Positions 60,023 to 64,000 of a stretch of 64,000 bases of DNA are shown one piece after another. The DNA comes from a candidate division WOR-3 bacterium (GTDB lineage: Bacteria; Hydrothermota; Tepidihabitantia; B3-TA06), in NCBI GenBank assembly GCA_965649265.1, contig CBFGKC010000005.1, positions 64,001-128,000 of the forward strand, in the 5' to 3' direction. The position numbers and the translations under genes were made by a program. The notes beneath the pieces are model-generated. The model was not told the DNA's origin. It searched no databases and worked only from the letters and a program-made list of their open reading frames with translations. The stretch's first letter is position 1. Each line of letters begins with the position of its first letter.

Positions 60023-60388
60023 ACTTTCCTCCGTATTTGATGAGATATTGTAAATATTTGAGAAGGAAATGTCAACAATACGGGTGGTGGGCGGGGCAGG
60101 AAGACCTTAAGCTGACGCCTGGATCCGAGAAGACGAGGGTCGCCTTTTTGAGTGCCGTGAAGTTTGACTGCCTGAATTAATCGATAGTCAAACTTCTGAA
60201 CGACTAGTCGTCAGGGTCCCCGGAGGAATGCCTGGCAGTCCTCTGGGGTAAGATGTGCGGGTGGGTGGGCGGGGCAGGATAAGTCAACACCAACCACAAA
60301 GGATTCAGATGGTTACCCCAAAGGAAAGCTTTGCCTTCCTTTGGGGTTTACCAATTGACTTTGCACCTGTTTTAATTACAATATTTAA

Positions 60389-61111
60389 GTGAAGGTCGGT
60401 TCAGCCCTGGCTGGGCCCCCGGAGCTCGATACTAGGCTCCTCGAAAGGCTCATGCGTGATCCCCTCTATATGTCAACGGATAAGGATACCCCTGCGTCTA
60501 GAGAAAAGAAGCATGCTGAACACACAACGCGCTCAGATGCTGAACTTGTAGCTGAGATAAAGCAGGGCTCGAACGACGCATGTCGCGCAGTTGTAGAGCG
60601 TTACAAGCGTTTGTTGTACTCGATTGCTTATGGATTTATGGGCGATCACGGCGAAGCAGACGATGTTGTTCAGCAGGTCTTCATTAGGTTCTTTGAAAAT
60701 GTGGAGCGGGTGCGAAAGGCCGAAGCGTTAAAAACTTACCTGGCCCGCAGCACCACTAACGAGTCTATCGACCGCTTGCGACGCGCCAAGAGGCGCAACA
60801 CCGTTTCCATTGAGGACCTGGGCGACGACGAGGATTTGTCGCTCAAGGACGGACGCACACCGCGGGAGAAAAGAAGGCGCGAGGAGCTTCGAGAACTCAT
60901 AACCTGGGCACTCTCCCAGCTTTCTGAACGCCAGCAGCGAGTGGCGGTCCTGAGCTTTGTTGAGGATTTAAGTTATGAGGAGATAGCCGAGGTTCTCCAT
61001 TGTGAGGAAGTTACGGTTCGCACACATCTGCACCGCGCACGCAAGCGACTTCAGGAACTCTTAGCTCCGCGATTACGTGATTTGGAGGCAGGATTTGTCC
61101 GCAACGAATGA
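60389..61111 (+). CDS. ECF RNA polymerase sigma factor
   Basis: DDVVQQVFI region 2; LSYEEIAEVL...TVRTHLHRAR region 4; start uncertain. Confidence 0.92.
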   Translation: MKVGSALAGPPELDTRLLERLMRDPLYMSTDKDTPASREKKHAEHTTRSDAELVAEIKQGSNDACRAVVERYKRLLYSIAYGFMGDHGEADDVVQQVFIRFFENVERVRKAEALKTYLARSTTNESIDRLRRAKRRNTVSIEDLGDDEDLSLKDGRTPREKRRREELRELITWALSQLSERQQRVAVLSFVEDLSYEEIAEVLHCEEVTVRTHLHRARKRLQELLAPRLRDLEAGFVRNE

Positions 61112-61724
61112 CGGCGGCCTTGTAAGAAAAGGTAGCAAAACCCGTAAAAAACATTTGGGAACCGGGAAGGGTGCAGTCCACGCACGACCGGACAATATCC
61201 AGTGTGGCTCGATAGAGGATTTGTTTGCCCCGTATCTCGCGGCTGAGTTAAGCAAGGGTGAGGAGGATAAGCTTCGTAAACACGTACGTTCCTGTGCAAA
61301 TTGCAAGAAGATCCTGGCTGAGGAAACCCGCTTTAACCGCATAATGAGGCAGGCTCTCGCGCCCAAAGTCGATCCCGACTACTGGGAGCTCTTATGGCCG
61401 CGCGTCCAGGCAAAGATGCTCGAACGCAGGGAACAAAGGACGCGTCCCCGCTTCTCGCTGCGCTGGATATTCGCGGGTGCCGGGACCGCCTTCGCGTCAG
61501 CGGCCGCGCTCATCGCCGTTCTCCTGCTGCGCACCCCGCTCGCGCCCTCCCTTGCGCTTCACCCTGACTCCTACTTTGAAGGGCTCCCCCAGGAGCCACC
61601 CGCAACGGTTCAGGTCGATTCGCGGACCCAGGCCTCAAACGAGTTGGCTGTCTTAAGTCTCGGCCATCCAACACCTTCCAGCCGCAGTCACGCCTGGCAG
61701 CATCTCGATGGAGGAGGCTTATAG
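61095..61724 (+). CDS. Zinc-finger (ZAS) anti-sigma factor
   Basis: HVRSCANC (HxxxCxxC), one TM; probable TTG start after GGAGG. Confidence 0.85.
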   Translation: MSATNDGGLVRKGSKTRKKHLGTGKGAVHARPDNIQCGSIEDLFAPYLAAELSKGEEDKLRKHVRSCANCKKILAEETRFNRIMRQALAPKVDPDYWELLWPRVQAKMLERREQRTRPRFSLRWIFAGAGTAFASAAALIAVLLLRTPLAPSLALHPDSYFEGLPQEPPATVQVDSRTQASNELAVLSLGHPTPSSRSHAWQHLDGGGL

Positions 61725-62581
61725 TGGGCAACTCTCAAAAAAGAAGCCTTAGACCGTTTGCAAACCGGGGCTTCTGGATGAGAGTGCTTTCCATGAAGGG
61801 GCTTTTGATTGTAAGCGCCTTAATTTCGTCGCTTGCCTTGACTTCCTGCGAGCGCAGGCCGGTGACGCTCACCTGGAAGCTCGATGAGGGCAAAACCTAC
61901 GTCTACAAGAGCGAAGTCACCGGAACGTGGAAGATAGAAGGCTGGGAAAAGGGCGAGCGCGGCGGAAAGTTCGGCAACGTGCTCGAAACACGGATGGTCG
62001 TCCTTTCTGCAGTCGAGGACTCCGTGTTCCAGGTAAAAGAAATTACTAAACTTATGCGCGAGGGAACCGACTACGCGCCCACCGTCGTTACCTACAGCAT
62101 GGCTCCGAACGGCAAGCTTTACGCGATAGAGCTTTCCGATACCGGCACCGCTCCGCGTGTCTTCGATTCAAGAGAACGCCGCGAAAAGTTCTTTGAAGAA
62201 ACCCAGCCCACCTATCCCGACAGATCATTAAAACCCGGTGATACGTGGGTTCAAGAAACAAAGGTGGTGCTCGACGAGGGCACCATTACGACATCAAACG
62301 AGTTTTCGGTCAAGGGTTGGGAAAAGGTGGACGATTATCTCTGCTTGAGGATAGACTACGTCGGCCAGACCGTCGTTCCTCACCAGAGGAAGGGTGTGAA
62401 GCTCGTTGACCGCGGCTCGGTCAAGGGCAGCCTGTGGTTCGCGCCCGCGGAGGGCATCCTTATCCAGCAGCGCGATTCGCTTTACGTTGCCACCGCCCGC
62501 GAGGTTACCGAGCCCAGCAAATCCCCTGCCACCTACATCGTTCAGAGCGAGCGCATCTACAAGCTCGTCGAGATAAAGTAA
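61724..62581 (+). CDS. Hypothetical lipoprotein
   Basis: LTS-C lipobox; beta-rich (LKPGDTW, GSLWF); true start probably a downstream Met. Confidence 0.75.
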   Translation: MGNSQKRSLRPFANRGFWMRVLSMKGLLIVSALISSLALTSCERRPVTLTWKLDEGKTYVYKSEVTGTWKIEGWEKGERGGKFGNVLETRMVVLSAVEDSVFQVKEITKLMREGTDYAPTVVTYSMAPNGKLYAIELSDTGTAPRVFDSRERREKFFEETQPTYPDRSLKPGDTWVQETKVVLDEGTITTSNEFSVKGWEKVDDYLCLRIDYVGQTVVPHQRKGVKLVDRGSVKGSLWFAPAEGILIQQRDSLYVATAREVTEPSKSPATYIVQSERIYKLVEIK

Positions 62582-62806
62582 CCCCCGCGCACTCCTCTCC
62601 TCCCCCCCCTATCCACTGATAAGTCTACGATTGCGTCGTTGCCGGTAGTCAGCACGCCGCTTTGGGGCCCTTTTATCTTAGGGAGGGGGGTTACGGCCCT
62701 TTTTCACGAGTCAAGCGACGGTGGATTGTTGATTTGCATCATCCGCCTTGACACGGGGCGATAAATTCCCATAATAAGGCTAGGACTTTAACCAAAGGAG
62801 CAGGTA

Positions 62807-63592
62807 ATGAAAAGGTTAGGAGCTTTTTTAGCGGTACTTCCGATTGTTCTTTCAGCCTACCCCCTCGGAATGCAGAATGTCAAGATGCCCTCCCCCCTCA
62901 ATCCCGGCGCACTCGAGTTCGACTTCCAGCACCGGTTCATGGGGAGCGTTCTGGATAACCCGCTCGAGACGTTCTTCGGACTCGACGCAGGATCGAACAC
63001 CTATCTAGGCCTCAAGTATACGATTATCCCCGGGCTCGAGCTGGGGCTTTCAAGGATATCACACTACAAGGAGTACGACGCCGACCTGAGCTACTCGATT
63101 TTTGTCGAAAAGCTCTGGTTACAGGCAAGATTGGCTGTTGAGGGCTTCACCTTTAAGCAGGGTGACACGACGAGGATATGGAGCGTCTTTCCGAACCTCA
63201 CGCTCGCCTCAGGTCCCCTGTTCGAGCGCGTGAGGCCCTCATTAACTGCGGGCTATGACCTTAACGCATCGCGGTTAGGCCTTGGCGCAGGTCTTATCGT
63301 GACACTCTTCAAGAACGTGGGTTACTTCGAGGATGTGGCACTCATGGGAGAGTTCTACCCCTATCTGGGCGAACAGCCGCCTATACCGGAGGAGCGGATA
63401 ACTGGTTCGTTTCTGGCGGGCGTCGCGCTCTCGACTTACGGCCACCAGTTCCTGCTGACCGTCTCGAATTCATCCGGGATCGGTGCAAGGAACCTGGAGG
63501 CGGGCGTGCGGAGGTTCCAGGGTGACGCTTTTCCATTGAGCATAGGCTTCAGCATCCGCAGGCTTCTCGCAAGAGGGCACGAATGGAACTGA
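62807..63592 (+). CDS. Outer-membrane beta-barrel-like protein (DUF5777-like)
   Basis: Signal peptide; QHRF, FFGLD, TYGHQF.L..SNS, IGFSI.R. Confidence 0.75.
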   Translation: MKRLGAFLAVLPIVLSAYPLGMQNVKMPSPLNPGALEFDFQHRFMGSVLDNPLETFFGLDAGSNTYLGLKYTIIPGLELGLSRISHYKEYDADLSYSIFVEKLWLQARLAVEGFTFKQGDTTRIWSVFPNLTLASGPLFERVRPSLTAGYDLNASRLGLGAGLIVTLFKNVGYFEDVALMGEFYPYLGEQPPIPEERITGSFLAGVALSTYGHQFLLTVSNSSGIGARNLEAGVRRFQGDAFPLSIGFSIRRLLARGHEWN

Positions 63593-63615
63593 CGAAAAAA
63601 CGACAAGGAGAAACA

Positions 63616-64000
63616 ATGACTTTGAGATCGAAATGGAGTTTGGCGATTACTGCCCAACTCCTCGCCCTCCTCGCCCTCCTCGCCGGGTGCAACCAGGGCA
63701 CGCCGCCCGCTGCGGAGTTCTCGGCTTCACCCACGCAGGGCCCCCGGCCGCTTGCGGTGACTTTCACTGACGCGTCGACCGGCAGTCCGGCTTTATGGCA
63801 CTGGGAGTTCGGCGACGGCGACACGTCCGCGGAGCAGAATCCCAGCCACACCTACCAGGCCTCGGGCACGTACGACGTGATGCTCGTGGTCACCAACCAC
63901 TGGGGCCGCGACACGCTCGCGAAGACGGCGTACATAACGGTAACGGATACCTCGACCATTCCCACGGCCGATTTCACCGCAGAGCCCGTGACGGGCGTGC
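63616..64000 (+). CDS. Partial PKD-domain lipoprotein
   Basis: AAGGAG RBS; LAG-C; PLAVTFTDAS, WEFGDG..S.EQNPSHTY; runs off the window. Confidence 0.85.
   Translation, partial: MTLRSKWSLAITAQLLALLALLAGCNQGTPPAAEFSASPTQGPRPLAVTFTDASTGSPALWHWEFGDGDTSAEQNPSHTYQASGTYDVMLVVTNHWGRDTLAKTAYITVTDTSTIPTADFTAEPVTGV

Overview
GC-moderate bacterial chromosome segment, probably an anaerobic FCB-superphylum organism such as candidate division WOR-3. This is an inference from its many secreted proteins with T9SS/FlgD-Ig-type C-termini. I saw no rRNA, tRNA or CRISPR array. Main blocks: (1) five tandem paralogous cobalamin-domain radical SAM genes downstream of two secreted beta-propeller genes sharing a CPCG motif; (2) a cluster of four Cys-rich DUF3795-like genes with a shared TGTATACA operator; (3) accessory GNAT, methyltransferase, VOC and GrpB genes and three tandem secreted arylsulfotransferase-like genes; (4) an nqrBCDEF-type operon lacking nqrA/rnfC, followed by rubredoxin and two flavinylated FMN-binding lipoproteins; (5) a DUF134-NifX-Mrp operon; (6) an oxidative/copper-stress operon (superoxide reductase, ferritin, three CopZ-like genes, copA, arsC) containing a REP-associated tyrosine transposase with a modular GGAG-REP array; (7) an ECF sigma/anti-sigma locus. 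Two window-wide patterns stand out: sigma70-like promoters with an almost invariant 16-bp spacer, and the same two 9-bp DNA units expanded in-frame, in different reading frames, inside unrelated genes.
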